From positions 40,852-72,851 of the forward strand of contig NEWR02000002.1 of the NCBI GenBank assembly GCA_002869885.2: 32,000 nucleotides of DNA, read 5' to 3'. This document shows positions 23,631 to 32,000 of the stretch, in pieces. How positions within the stretch are numbered: the first letter of the stretch is position 1; each line of letters opens with the position of its first letter. Position numbers and translations under genes: made by a program. Under the pieces are notes generated by a model that had not been told where the DNA came from, made no database searches, and saw nothing but the letters and a program-made list of their open reading frames with translations. The DNA comes from Nitrospira sp. CG24C (GTDB taxonomy: Bacteria; Nitrospirota; Nitrospiria; Nitrospirales; Nitrospiraceae).

Positions 23631-24912
23631 GGTGAGGTAATCTTCTCTGTGCAAAAGACGAAGGGTGTAAGCTGGGCTACTGTCGAAGGCGAGCCCATTC
23701 CACTGAAGGAGGCTTACACCCATGCAAACGCTAGCACCATGGACCCAGCAGTGGCAACATTTCACCTCCGAGGTCCGGGAGCAGTTCTGGGGCGATCTCG
23801 CCAGCACACCCGGCAGGGTTGGCAAGACTTGCTGGCCGGCTCTCCGTCGAGGCCAGGGATCGCTATCTGGGGGTCCGAGCGTATGAACGCAGTCCGGCTC
23901 GCTCCGATGCCCGAAACGGGTTTTATGAGCGGGACTTTGTGACGCGGCTGGAGACCGTGCGGGTGCGCGTGGCTCGGACACGGCAACGGGCGTTCTTGCC
24001 GGCAGGTCTCGTGCGCGTGGAGCGCCGGGCGGCGGAGGTGCTGCTGCTCATTCGGGAAGCCTTTTACACGGGCTCAGTACGCGGACCGTGGGGCGGGTGG
24101 TTGCGCTGATCACGGAGGAGCCGGTCAGTGCCGCCACGGTGTCACGGGTGACACGGAATCTCGACCAGGCCGTAGCCCAGTTTCACCAGGCGCGACTGAC
24201 CGATGACTGGCGGTACCTGTTCCTGGATGGGGTGAGTCTGCGAGTGCGGCGCCCCAGAGGACGGAAGCGGGTCCAGCTCTTAGTGGCCTACGGCGTTCGG
24301 ACGGATGGCACGCGCCACCTGCTCGGGTTCACTCGGAGTTCGGGCGAGAGTCAGGTAGCCTGGGAGGGTCTCTTGCTGGATCTCTATCGGCGCGGCCTGG
24401 AAGGCCACCAGCTCCAGCTCGTCGTAACCGATTGCTGTGTCGGATTGGTGGCAGCGCTGCAAACGATCTACCCGCGCGTGGCGCATCAGCGCTGTTGGGT
24501 GCACAAGCTTCACAATTTGCTGGAGGCGGCTCGGCGGCGAGATCATGCCGCCATGAAGACCGATGCCCAGGCCATCTATCAAGCGGCCGGTCGGACTGAG
24601 GCGGTGGCCCATGCGCAGGTGTTCGCCCGTCGGTGGCGGGAGGGGTACCCGCAGCTCGTAACCAGGCTACTCCGGGATCTGCCCGAGTTGCTCGCGTTTT
24701 TCCAGTGCCCGCGGGCGCTCTGGCGCAAGCTGCGGACGACCAATGTGATTGAGCGGTGCTTCGTCGAAGCGCGCCGACGGACCCGCCTGATGGTGTGTTT
24801 TGTGAACGTGCAGAGCGTGGAGCGGATTATCTTCTTCTCCATCTTTAACCAGTTTAACCTGGAGTGGCACCCGCGCACCTTCGCCAATTTACACACGTCG
24901 CGCGACCTTACC
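23631..24912 (+). mobile_element. IS256-family (Mutator-type) insertion sequence, about 1.28 kb, with an inactivated transposase
   Basis: The imperfect terminal IRs are GGTGAGGT...GTGCAAAAGACGAAGG (23631-23664) and the reverse complement of CCTTCGCCAATTTACAC...ACCTTACC (24878-24912). The size is typical for the family. No flanking direct repeat was seen. Confidence 0.65.
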
Positions 24913-24990
24913 ACTAAGGAAGGGATTGACTTGAGACCACGCAAGATGAGATATAATATTTTGCTGTTCGCCTTCTGGTGTACCTGTTAG
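23722..24990 (+). pseudogene. IS256-family transposase gene with at least two frameshifts
   Basis: A GAAGGAGG RBS precedes the ATG at 23722. The N-terminus (MQTLAPWTQQWQHFTSEVREQFWGDL) is in frame 1. RLSVEARDRYLGVRAYERSPARSDARNGFYERDFVTRL...LLLIREAF is in frame 2. The gene returns to frame 1 at about 24068 (LHGLSTRTVGRVVALITEE...LFLDGVSLRV...LVVTDCCVGL...QRCWVHKLHN...LRTTNVIERCF). Confidence 0.85.
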
Positions 24991-24994
24991 AAAA

Positions 24995-25305
24995 CGCCGT
25001 CCCCATGGCCGCAATCAAGGCAACAACTACATTCTATGGTGTATGAAGACGATGCGGAAACTGGCTTCGGATTGATGGTTTATTCCTGCAGCGCCACCCA
25101 AGCACAATCGGCGTACGTCATGGGAGTACGATCGCGTCATGTATAAGCGATGCAATGAAATAGAACGACTGTCCCGCCTTCTCAAAGGATTTCAGCGCCG
25201 CTTCTCGCGGTTTGAAAAAACTCGATGTCATGTTCGTTGCGTTCATCAATTTCGCGTGGATCGCGGACCGTTGATGGCTTGCATTAGTGTGAACATGCTC
25301 TAGAC
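24995..25305 (+). pseudogene. IS5-family (IS427/IS1031-like) transposase 3' remnant
   Basis: Translation gives ...MRKLASD*WFIPAAPPKHNRRTSWEYDRVMYKRCNEIERLSRLLKGFQRRFSRFEK, then after a frameshift in an A6 run LDVMFVAFINFAWIADR*. This matches the conserved YK.RN.IER.F..LK.FRRI..R(Y/F)EK C-terminal block. It has an in-frame TGA and one frameshift. Confidence 0.55.
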
Positions 25306-25324
25306 ACATGGAAAGCGGACTTGC

Positions 25325-28300
25325 ATGAAAAATCTTGTCCTGGTTGCCTTAAAAAGGCCCTATACCTTCGTGGTGTTGGCCATCCTCATCCTGGTGTTTG
25401 GGGCGCTGACAGTGGTCAAGGCACCGACCGACGTCTTCCCAAATATCCAGATGCCCGTCAGTTCCGTAGTCTGGCTCTACGATGGCTTGATGCCGCAAGA
25501 GACCGAGGGGCGAGTCACACGTGTGTTCGAACAAATGTTGACTCAGACGGTCGAAGGCATCAAGACCATCGTGAGCACTTCTTATTTCGGTCACTCCATC
25601 ATCAATATTTTCCTTCAGGACGGAGTCGATCTGGCCGGCAGCGAGGCCGATATCGTGGGGATATCGCAGACCTCCGTCAAAGCACTACCGCCGGATGTTG
25701 CCGCGCCCATGGTTATGCGGCTGTTCCCCTCCCAAGTGCCAGTGGCCGTACTACAAGTCGACTCCGATGAACTGACACCGGCGGAGCTCTATAATCTCTG
25801 CGTCATGCGAATTCGACCCATGCTCGTCACGATACCCGGTGCGATCCTGCCGCATCCCTACGGGGGCCAGGACATGCAGGTCATGATCAATGTCGATCAG
25901 CAGAAATTGATGGCCCGTCACCTCACCACGGAGGACGTGCATCAAGCGATCGAGAGACAGAATCTCGTGCTGCCTGGCGGGGACATGAAGATCAAGGAGA
26001 CCGACTGGCTTGTTCTGACGAACGCATCCCCGTTGAAGATTGAAGAGTTTGACGACATCCCGATCAAGCGAGACGGTAACGCCTTCGTCCATCTTCGCGA
26101 CGTCGCTACGGTTCGCCTGGCTGGCCGGGTACAAACGAACTCCGTGCTGGTCGACGGCAAACAGGCCGTCATCGTCGTCGTCATGAAGAGCAGTGAGGCT
26201 TCGACCATCGACATCGTGGATGGAATCAAAAAAATGCTCCCGCGCATCGCGGAGGTCGTGCCTGCTGATGTGAAAGTGAGTCTCCTCAGCGATTCCTCGG
26301 AATTCGTCAAGGATGCCATCGCCGATGTGGTGCATGAAATGATCATCGCTGCCCTGCTGGTCGGCTTCATCGTGCTGCTGATGCTCGGCTCCTGGCGCCC
26401 GACGGTCATCGTCCTCACCTCGATCCCACTCTCCATCCTCAGCTCCATCATCGCCCTCCATCTGCTCGAAGAATCGATCAATCTTATGACCCTGGGTGGA
26501 TTGGCCCTGGCCGTCGGCATTCTCGTCGACAACGCCGCAGTCATGATCGAGAATATCGACACCCACCTTGAGATGGGTAAGCCGTTAGAGGAGGCGATCA
26601 TCGATGCCGCCAATCAGATCATTCTCCCGACGTTCGTCGCCACGCTTGCCATCACAATAGTGTGGATTCCACTGTTCCATTTAAGCGGCATTGCCGGTTG
26701 GGTGTTCCCGGCAATGGCTGAGGCGGTCATCTTCGCGATGCTGGCTTCCTTTATCTTGACCTACACCCTCGTGCCGACCATGGCGAAGTATATTCTGAAG
26801 GTTCATCACGCGACCGCATCGGGAGGCGGTGTCTTCACTCGCTTCCAGCAGGGATTCCAGAATTCCTTCGAACGATTCCGCAATGGCTATACCGCACAGC
26901 TTGAAAAGGTGATCGCCCATCGCGTGGGTTTCGTCGTCATTTCCATTGTCCTCTCGTTGGGGTCGCTCGTGCTATTTTACTTCAACGGCCAAGAGTTTTA
27001 CCCCCAGATCAAGGGTGGATTGTTGCAGATGCACATGCGGGCGCCGCTTGGGATGCGGATCGAGGTCGCAGGGCGTGTTGCGTCCCTCGTCTCAAACGAC
27101 ATCAAGGAAATGCTGCCCGGTAACGTCGAAACGATTGTCAGTAATTGCGGGCTCCCCGTCGGAGCGCATAACCTTGCCTTCATTCCAACGCCAACGATCG
27201 GCACTCAAGATTGCGATCTGACCATCGCGCTGAAGGATCAAAGGTCGCCGGTGTGGGACATTCGGAACCTTCTCCGAAAAGGTTTGTCGGAGCGCTATCC
27301 AGGAACGGAATTCACGTTTCAGCCGGCTGATCTGACCGATAAGATTCTTAATTTCGGCTCGCTCGCGCCCATCGACCTGCAGGTCAACGGGCCGGACCTC
27401 TATGCCAATTTCGCGTATGCTCAAAAATTGGCGAGCAAATTCCGCCAGATCCCCGGCGCCGCCGACGTATATATCTACCAGACGATGTTTCAGCCGACTA
27501 TCCTGGTCGAAGGCAACCGGACATTCGCCCTCAGCATGAATCTGAACCAGAAGGATTTTGGCTTCAACATGCTCCTGGCAACTGCCGGCAGCCAGCAGAT
27601 CGATCAGAAATATTGGCTCGACCGTTCGACGCAGCAGTCGTATCGACTCAATGTCTATACCCCCCAATCACAGTTGACGAACATTCAAGATCTCCAGACG
27701 CTCCCGGTCGCTCCAGAAATGCACGAGCAGCAGGAAGGTTCGGGTGAGGCCCTGCCAATGCTCGGTAGTATCACTAAAGTCTCCCTGGTCGGAACACCGG
27801 GTGTGGTGACGCACCGGAATCTGCTGCCGATGATCGACGTCTTGGTGTCGGCGGAGGGACGCGATCTCGGTGGTGTGCTGGCGGATGTCCGGAAGATAGC
27901 GGAGAGCATGAAAGGTGAGCTGCCGCGCGGCGCGGAAGTTGAAATCCATGGCCAGTCCGAAGTCATGCACGACGCCTACGTCGAACTATTCGGCGGTCTC
28001 TTTGTCGCCATTCTGCTGATCTATCTACTGATCGTCGTCAATTTCCAATCCTGGCTCGATCCGTTCATTATTATTACTGGCTTGGTGGGCGCGTTCGCGG
28101 GCATTGCGTGGGCACTGTTCGCCACCCATACGTATATTTCCGTGCCGGCGCTGACGGGGGCCATTATGACGATGGGCACGGCCACCGCCAATTCAATCCT
28201 GCTCGTCGCATACGCCCGTGAGCGGCTTGCTGTCCACGGTGACGCGCTGCGCGCTGCGGTCGAGGCGGGGAAAGGCCGTATTCGTCCGGTACTCATGACC

Positions 28301-28480
28301 GCTGCGGCTATGATCATCGGCATGCTCCCGATGGCGATGGCAAATTCCCAGAATGCGCCGCTGGGTCGAGCCGTCATGGGGGGATTGACAGTTGCGACCC
28401 TGTTCACGCTGTTCTTTGTTCCCTGCGTCTATGCCATGGTTTACCACCGGCGGACTGTTCCCCAAAAGGAGCGTGAATGA
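25325..28480 (+). CDS. RND-family efflux transporter permease (AcrB/AcrD/AcrF-type)
   Basis: The protein is 1051 aa. It has a typical N-terminus (LKRPYTFVVLAILILVFGALTV), two large periplasmic loops and 12 TM segments. Its conserved TM4 region reads GGLALAVGILVDNAAVMIENI. Confidence 0.9.
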   Translation: MKNLVLVALKRPYTFVVLAILILVFGALTVVKAPTDVFPNIQMPVSSVVWLYDGLMPQETEGRVTRVFEQMLTQTVEGIKTIVSTSYFGHSIINIFLQDGVDLAGSEADIVGISQTSVKALPPDVAAPMVMRLFPSQVPVAVLQVDSDELTPAELYNLCVMRIRPMLVTIPGAILPHPYGGQDMQVMINVDQQKLMARHLTTEDVHQAIERQNLVLPGGDMKIKETDWLVLTNASPLKIEEFDDIPIKRDGNAFVHLRDVATVRLAGRVQTNSVLVDGKQAVIVVVMKSSEASTIDIVDGIKKMLPRIAEVVPADVKVSLLSDSSEFVKDAIADVVHEMIIAALLVGFIVLLMLGSWRPTVIVLTSIPLSILSSIIALHLLEESINLMTLGGLALAVGILVDNAAVMIENIDTHLEMGKPLEEAIIDAANQIILPTFVATLAITIVWIPLFHLSGIAGWVFPAMAEAVIFAMLASFILTYTLVPTMAKYILKVHHATASGGGVFTRFQQGFQNSFERFRNGYTAQLEKVIAHRVGFVVISIVLSLGSLVLFYFNGQEFYPQIKGGLLQMHMRAPLGMRIEVAGRVASLVSNDIKEMLPGNVETIVSNCGLPVGAHNLAFIPTPTIGTQDCDLTIALKDQRSPVWDIRNLLRKGLSERYPGTEFTFQPADLTDKILNFGSLAPIDLQVNGPDLYANFAYAQKLASKFRQIPGAADVYIYQTMFQPTILVEGNRTFALSMNLNQKDFGFNMLLATAGSQQIDQKYWLDRSTQQSYRLNVYTPQSQLTNIQDLQTLPVAPEMHEQQEGSGEALPMLGSITKVSLVGTPGVVTHRNLLPMIDVLVSAEGRDLGGVLADVRKIAESMKGELPRGAEVEIHGQSEVMHDAYVELFGGLFVAILLIYLLIVVNFQSWLDPFIIITGLVGAFAGIAWALFATHTYISVPALTGAIMTMGTATANSILLVAYARERLAVHGDALRAAVEAGKGRIRPVLMTAAAMIIGMLPMAMANSQNAPLGRAVMGGLTVATLFTLFFVPCVYAMVYHRRTVPQKERE

Positions 28481-28481
28481 T

Positions 28482-29696
28482 ATGAGCAGCCTAGGTGGGA
28501 AAGCCTTTCTGATTCTAGCCGTCATTGCCGCGATCGTGGTTCTCGTGTTCCGCTTTAGCGAGAAACAGATCGAGGCGACCGCCTTGGAGAAGGGCGCCTC
28601 GGAAAGCGCCATAACCCCGGTGGCCATCACGCATGCCAAGCAGACAGCGCCGACCTCCACCATTACGCTCCCCGGTAATATTGCCGGGTGGAACGAGGCG
28701 CCTACCTATGCGCGTGTCGAAGGCTACGTGAAGGCCTGGTACAAGGACTACGGCGCTGAGGTGAAGAAAGGCGATATCCTTGCCGAAATCACTACGCCGG
28801 ATCTCGATGCCGAATACCGGCAGGCTGTTGCGGATCGGGAATCCGAAAGTGCCAAGAATGAGCTGGCTGACCTGACCGCCAAGCGCTACCTGGCCATGCG
28901 AGAAAGCCACGCGCTCTCCGAGCAAGCCATCTCGGTACAACTCGCCGAGGCGAAGGCCCAGGCGGCGAAAGTCAGGGCAGCAGAGCAAAAGGTCAAGAAC
29001 ATTGAGGCCTTCATTGGGTTTAAAAATATCAGGGCCCCCTTCGACGGCGTGGTGATCCAGCGGAACATCAATGTCGGTGATTTGGTGAGCAAAGAGGGCA
29101 ATCTCAGCACCCCCAATGCAAAAAACAACCTCTTTACCGTAGCCGTAGTCGATAGGTTGCGACTCTTTGTGAATGTGCCGGCGTCCTTCGGGGCCTTCCT
29201 CAATCCCGGCCTGACGGTCGATGTGACCGTACCGCAATTCCCCACTCGCCATTTCACTTTCAAGTTTCTGACTGTGGCGAAGGGGTTCGATGTGAACACA
29301 CGCACCGCAGTTGCGGTTTTTACCATTGATAACAAGGACCGAGTGCTCTGGCCCGGCTCCTACGCCAACGTTCATCTGACCACTAACGTGGAAAAAGGGG
29401 TGTTGACGATTCCGACGAGCGCGTTGGTATTTCAGGAGAACGGTACGCAGGTGGCCATCGTGGGAGAGGATGATCGGCTTCACTTCAAACCGATCACCGT
29501 TTCCAAAATCTTCGACAACTACATCGAAGTAACTGAAGGCGTCTCCGAGAGCGACCGTATTGTGAATAATCCGAGCGCCGCGTTGCTCGAAGGAGACAAG
29601 GTGCGAATCGTGACGCCAGCAGTTGGGTATGAAGCCCAGAAACCAACAGCGAGTCATACCGGAGGCGATACGAATCATCCAGGAGGCAATAAATGA
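28482..29696 (+). CDS. RND efflux periplasmic adaptor (membrane fusion protein, HlyD family)
   Basis: An AAAGGAG RBS precedes the ATG at 28482, 1 nt after the permease stop. An N-terminal anchor, a lipoyl-like motif (VKKGDILAEITTPDLDAEY), a coiled coil and a beta-barrel (IRAPFDGVVIQRNINVGDLV) are present. Confidence 0.85.
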   Translation: MSSLGGKAFLILAVIAAIVVLVFRFSEKQIEATALEKGASESAITPVAITHAKQTAPTSTITLPGNIAGWNEAPTYARVEGYVKAWYKDYGAEVKKGDILAEITTPDLDAEYRQAVADRESESAKNELADLTAKRYLAMRESHALSEQAISVQLAEAKAQAAKVRAAEQKVKNIEAFIGFKNIRAPFDGVVIQRNINVGDLVSKEGNLSTPNAKNNLFTVAVVDRLRLFVNVPASFGAFLNPGLTVDVTVPQFPTRHFTFKFLTVAKGFDVNTRTAVAVFTIDNKDRVLWPGSYANVHLTTNVEKGVLTIPTSALVFQENGTQVAIVGEDDRLHFKPITVSKIFDNYIEVTEGVSESDRIVNNPSAALLEGDKVRIVTPAVGYEAQKPTASHTGGDTNHPGGNK

Positions 29697-29769
29697 AAGG
29701 GATCCGCATCGGAACCGTTATGGTCATGTCTCTCACCTCCAGCCTCAGCGATAGGGCCGCTTTTTGGCA

Positions 29770-31368
29770 ATGGGTTCGGCAATGACAGACACCTGGCCTA
29801 CCTGGTTACGGCGGAGTGGCTTCTTGCTGGTCATCTTCAATCTGTCGGCTTGCAGTTGGTTCCCGGCTGTTGATCTGGCACCGAAGTATGAGCCGCCCAA
29901 ATACGTCGTTCCTGACTCCTGGCATGGCTCAAGTCCCTTCGTGAAGGTGAACCCGTCGGATAATCAGCTCCGGCCGGATTGGTGGAAGCTGTACGGCGAT
30001 CCAGTCCTGGACAGACTGATAGAGGAAGCTATTGCTGCTAATCCGGATCTTCAAGCCGCAGCCGAACGTTTCGTGCAGGCCCGCGATGAGATGATGAAAG
30101 CCCGGTCGCAGTACCTTCCTCGGCTCGGCACAGGTTTCGAGGCCTCACACAATAGACAGTCGGATCACAGACTCTTTCGTCCTGAAGGGGAAGGCGTTCA
30201 CACCCAAGAAGGCACTCTATTACTTGGAGGCCTTGCAGCTTGGGAGCCAGATTTCTGGTCGCGCCTCCGGAATGCCACACGGGCGGAGATCTATCGCGCC
30301 GAGGAACGTGCTGCCGATTGGGCGCTTGCGCGCCTGAGTCTGCAGGCGGAAATTGCCTCGAATTACTTCATGGTCCGCGGTCTCGACGCTCAGGAGGCGA
30401 TCTATACCCAGTCGATTGAGCTCTACAGAGATACACTCAAGCTGACCAAGTCCCAGTACACCGGGAAGATCGCATCGGCGCTCGACGTCGCCCGCATCGA
30501 ATCGTTGTTATTCAGCACTGAGACAAAATTGGCGCAGATTCAAGGTCAACGCCAAGTGGGTGAACAGGCCATCGCCATCCTGCTCAATAGGGCGCCTGGT
30601 AGCTTCACGCTTGAGCCGGTGCAAGAGCTTCGAGCCGCGACGTTCACGATTCCTGCAACGCTCCCTGCCACCTTGCTTGAGCGCCGGCCAGACGTCGCCG
30701 GAAGCGAGCGACGAATGGCGCAGGCGAACCGCAGCGTCGGTATCGCCCGTTCCGCGTTTTTCCCCAATGTTTCATTCCGTATCAACGGCGGACTCGAAGA
30801 CGGCGTCAGTCTGCTCAAGCTTGTCAACAGCTTCTGGTCCTATGGCTCTACTCTCGATCTACCGGTCTTTCAAGGAGGCTACCGACGCGCTCAATTACAA
30901 CAGGCATGGTCGGCCTATCGCGAGACGGAGGATCTGTACCGTTCGACCGTGCTCAACGCTTTTCGTGAAGTCGAGAACGGTTTGAGTCTGACGAACCGGC
31001 TGACGGTCGCTGCAGAACGGCAGGGCGCCTCAGTGGGGGCGAACCAGAAGGTACAGCAGCTCACTCTTGAACTTTACCGGGGCGGCTTGGCTAACAGCCT
31101 TGAAGTGATTTTTGCCCAGGTCAACACGCTCCTGGCACGCATCGACTTGGTGCTGATCAAGACAGACCTGCTGAGGTCCTCCGTCGCTCTCGTTCGAGCC
31201 TTCGGTGGCGGATTTGATCGAAATCAACTCCCTTCCGATGACCAGATTCAGCCGTTCAATACGTTTCAATTTACTGACCTCGACAAACCAAAGCCTGTGG
31301 GGGGGATCGACGTCAATGCAGGTGAATCAAAGCCTAACAATGATCTGACGAAACCCCTTGTTCCCTGA
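29770..31368 (+). CDS. RND efflux outer-membrane factor lipoprotein (NodT/TolC family)
   Basis: A lipobox is present (FNLSAC). Typical motifs include WWKLYGDPVLDRLIEEAIAANPDLQAA and two OEP repeats. The start is ambiguous (TTG at 29764, ATG at 29770 or ATG at 29782). Confidence 0.85.
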   Translation: MGSAMTDTWPTWLRRSGFLLVIFNLSACSWFPAVDLAPKYEPPKYVVPDSWHGSSPFVKVNPSDNQLRPDWWKLYGDPVLDRLIEEAIAANPDLQAAAERFVQARDEMMKARSQYLPRLGTGFEASHNRQSDHRLFRPEGEGVHTQEGTLLLGGLAAWEPDFWSRLRNATRAEIYRAEERAADWALARLSLQAEIASNYFMVRGLDAQEAIYTQSIELYRDTLKLTKSQYTGKIASALDVARIESLLFSTETKLAQIQGQRQVGEQAIAILLNRAPGSFTLEPVQELRAATFTIPATLPATLLERRPDVAGSERRMAQANRSVGIARSAFFPNVSFRINGGLEDGVSLLKLVNSFWSYGSTLDLPVFQGGYRRAQLQQAWSAYRETEDLYRSTVLNAFREVENGLSLTNRLTVAAERQGASVGANQKVQQLTLELYRGGLANSLEVIFAQVNTLLARIDLVLIKTDLLRSSVALVRAFGGGFDRNQLPSDDQIQPFNTFQFTDLDKPKPVGGIDVNAGESKPNNDLTKPLVP

Positions 31369-31518
31369 TTAATCGCTCGCAAACCTCGAATGCGTTTTTA
31401 TTCGCACCATGACGGATTGCCTAGCCGCCATTTCATCTCGGTGGCTGGAATTGGTAATGACGATCCTCCGGCTTACATTAACCAGACTGCCACGCGCCAT
31501 AAGCAGGAAGAGGTAATC

Positions 31519-32000
31519 ATGAAATCGAAGGCCAGTCTCACAGCGATCCTAGCGATCGTTCTTTATTTGTTCCCGGTGATAGGCCACGCAGCAGACGTGC
31601 CTGGTGTCCCCCCAGAAAAAGTCGCAGAATTTATACATACTGTGATTGAAAGCCACCGTGCCTTTTACACGCTTCATGTCGTCGAACGGTTAGAGGAGCA
31701 GGGAGGAATCAAAGCGGATGGAGAATGGCGCACGCATAAGAAGACGTTACCGTTACCACAGCAGTTCGTTATCGAATCGAGCAACATGTTCGCAACATTC
31801 ACAGGGCTCCGTTACCGATTGATAAGTCTATGGCCGATTAATCCCAAAAATGGCCCCCGCGATCAAGTGGATAAACACAGCCTGGAAGCAGTGGTTGCGA
31901 GACCGGAACATCCTGTCACTCGTGCAATCACGGTCAATGATCAAACCTTCTTTCACGCGATTTATGCTGATGTGGCTGTTGGTCATGCTTGCGTTGCCTG
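31519..32000 (+). CDS. DUF3365 (Tll0287-like) haem-binding periplasmic protein, 3' end outside the window
   Basis: A GGAAGAGG RBS precedes the ATG at 31519. A signal peptide is present. The blocks LRYRLISLWPINPKNGPRD and FFHAIYADVAVGHACVAC match the DUF3365 pattern, which ends in a CxxCH motif. The ORF is open to the window edge and is not in the ORF track. Confidence 0.6.
   Translation, partial: MKSKASLTAILAIVLYLFPVIGHAADVPGVPPEKVAEFIHTVIESHRAFYTLHVVERLEEQGGIKADGEWRTHKKTLPLPQQFVIESSNMFATFTGLRYRLISLWPINPKNGPRDQVDKHSLEAVVARPEHPVTRAITVNDQTFFHAIYADVAVGHACVA

Noticed and set aside
18861-25305. A canonical composite transposon carrying amoCAB
   Set aside because: The flanking IS belong to different families (IS1595 versus IS3, IS256 and IS5), and the right-hand ones are dead. 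No shared terminal repeats or target duplications were found. IS-associated rearrangement is plausible, but a functional composite transposon is not supported.
25751-26613. Two long minus-strand ORFs (271 and 223 aa) inside the RND permease
   Set aside because: Both are antisense to a 1051-aa AcrB-type gene with clear motifs. Their Asp/His/Arg-rich content is shadow-ORF composition.
28515-29678. A 387-aa minus-strand ORF
   Set aside because: It is entirely antisense to the well-supported RND adaptor gene, has low-complexity Gly/Arg-rich composition, and has no RBS or motifs.

Overview
The window reads as a nitrification gene island from a comammox-type Nitrospira. The amoA gene contains both sites I remember for the clade-B comammox amoA primer pair, exactly 415 bp apart. 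This assignment rests on memory and needs a real search.

Layout:
- Left 5.9 kb is ordinary or decayed. It holds an AsmA-family C-terminus, an FKBP PPIase, an IS-end repeat plus transposase remnant, a frameshifted class I cytochrome c, a secreted DUF1566 protein, an IS630-like remnant and an unknown polytopic membrane protein.
- 5901-6376 (-) is a mosaic pseudogene. It joins a truncated CcmI-type module to the 3' end of a NapC/NirT (CycB-like) cytochrome gene.
- 13945 to 6590 (-) is a complete, translationally coupled System I cytochrome c maturation operon, ccmABCDEFGHI. Its CcmI carries a tandemly duplicated 130-aa C-terminal module.
- 14387-18753 (+) is transcribed divergently from ccm. It encodes three tandem AmoD/AmoE(PmoD)-like paralogs, copC, and a copD fused to a cytochrome c domain and a Cys-less thioredoxin-fold domain.
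- 18861-19881 is an apparently intact IS1595-family element.
- 20072-23143 (+) is amoCAB, followed by a strong intrinsic terminator.
- 23320-25305 is a stack of dead IS elements: an IS3 orfA remnant cut by a frameshifted IS256-family element, then an IS5-family remnant.
- 25325-31368 (+) is an RND efflux operon in the order permease, adaptor, outer-membrane factor. A partial DUF3365 haem protein follows.

No rRNA, tRNA or CRISPR array was seen.

The most interesting points are the IS-bracketed and permuted amo locus, the triple AmoD/E-like array, the CopD tri-domain fusion, the CcmI module amplification, and the CycB-like gene scar. All family calls come from motif recognition by eye. No database search was run.
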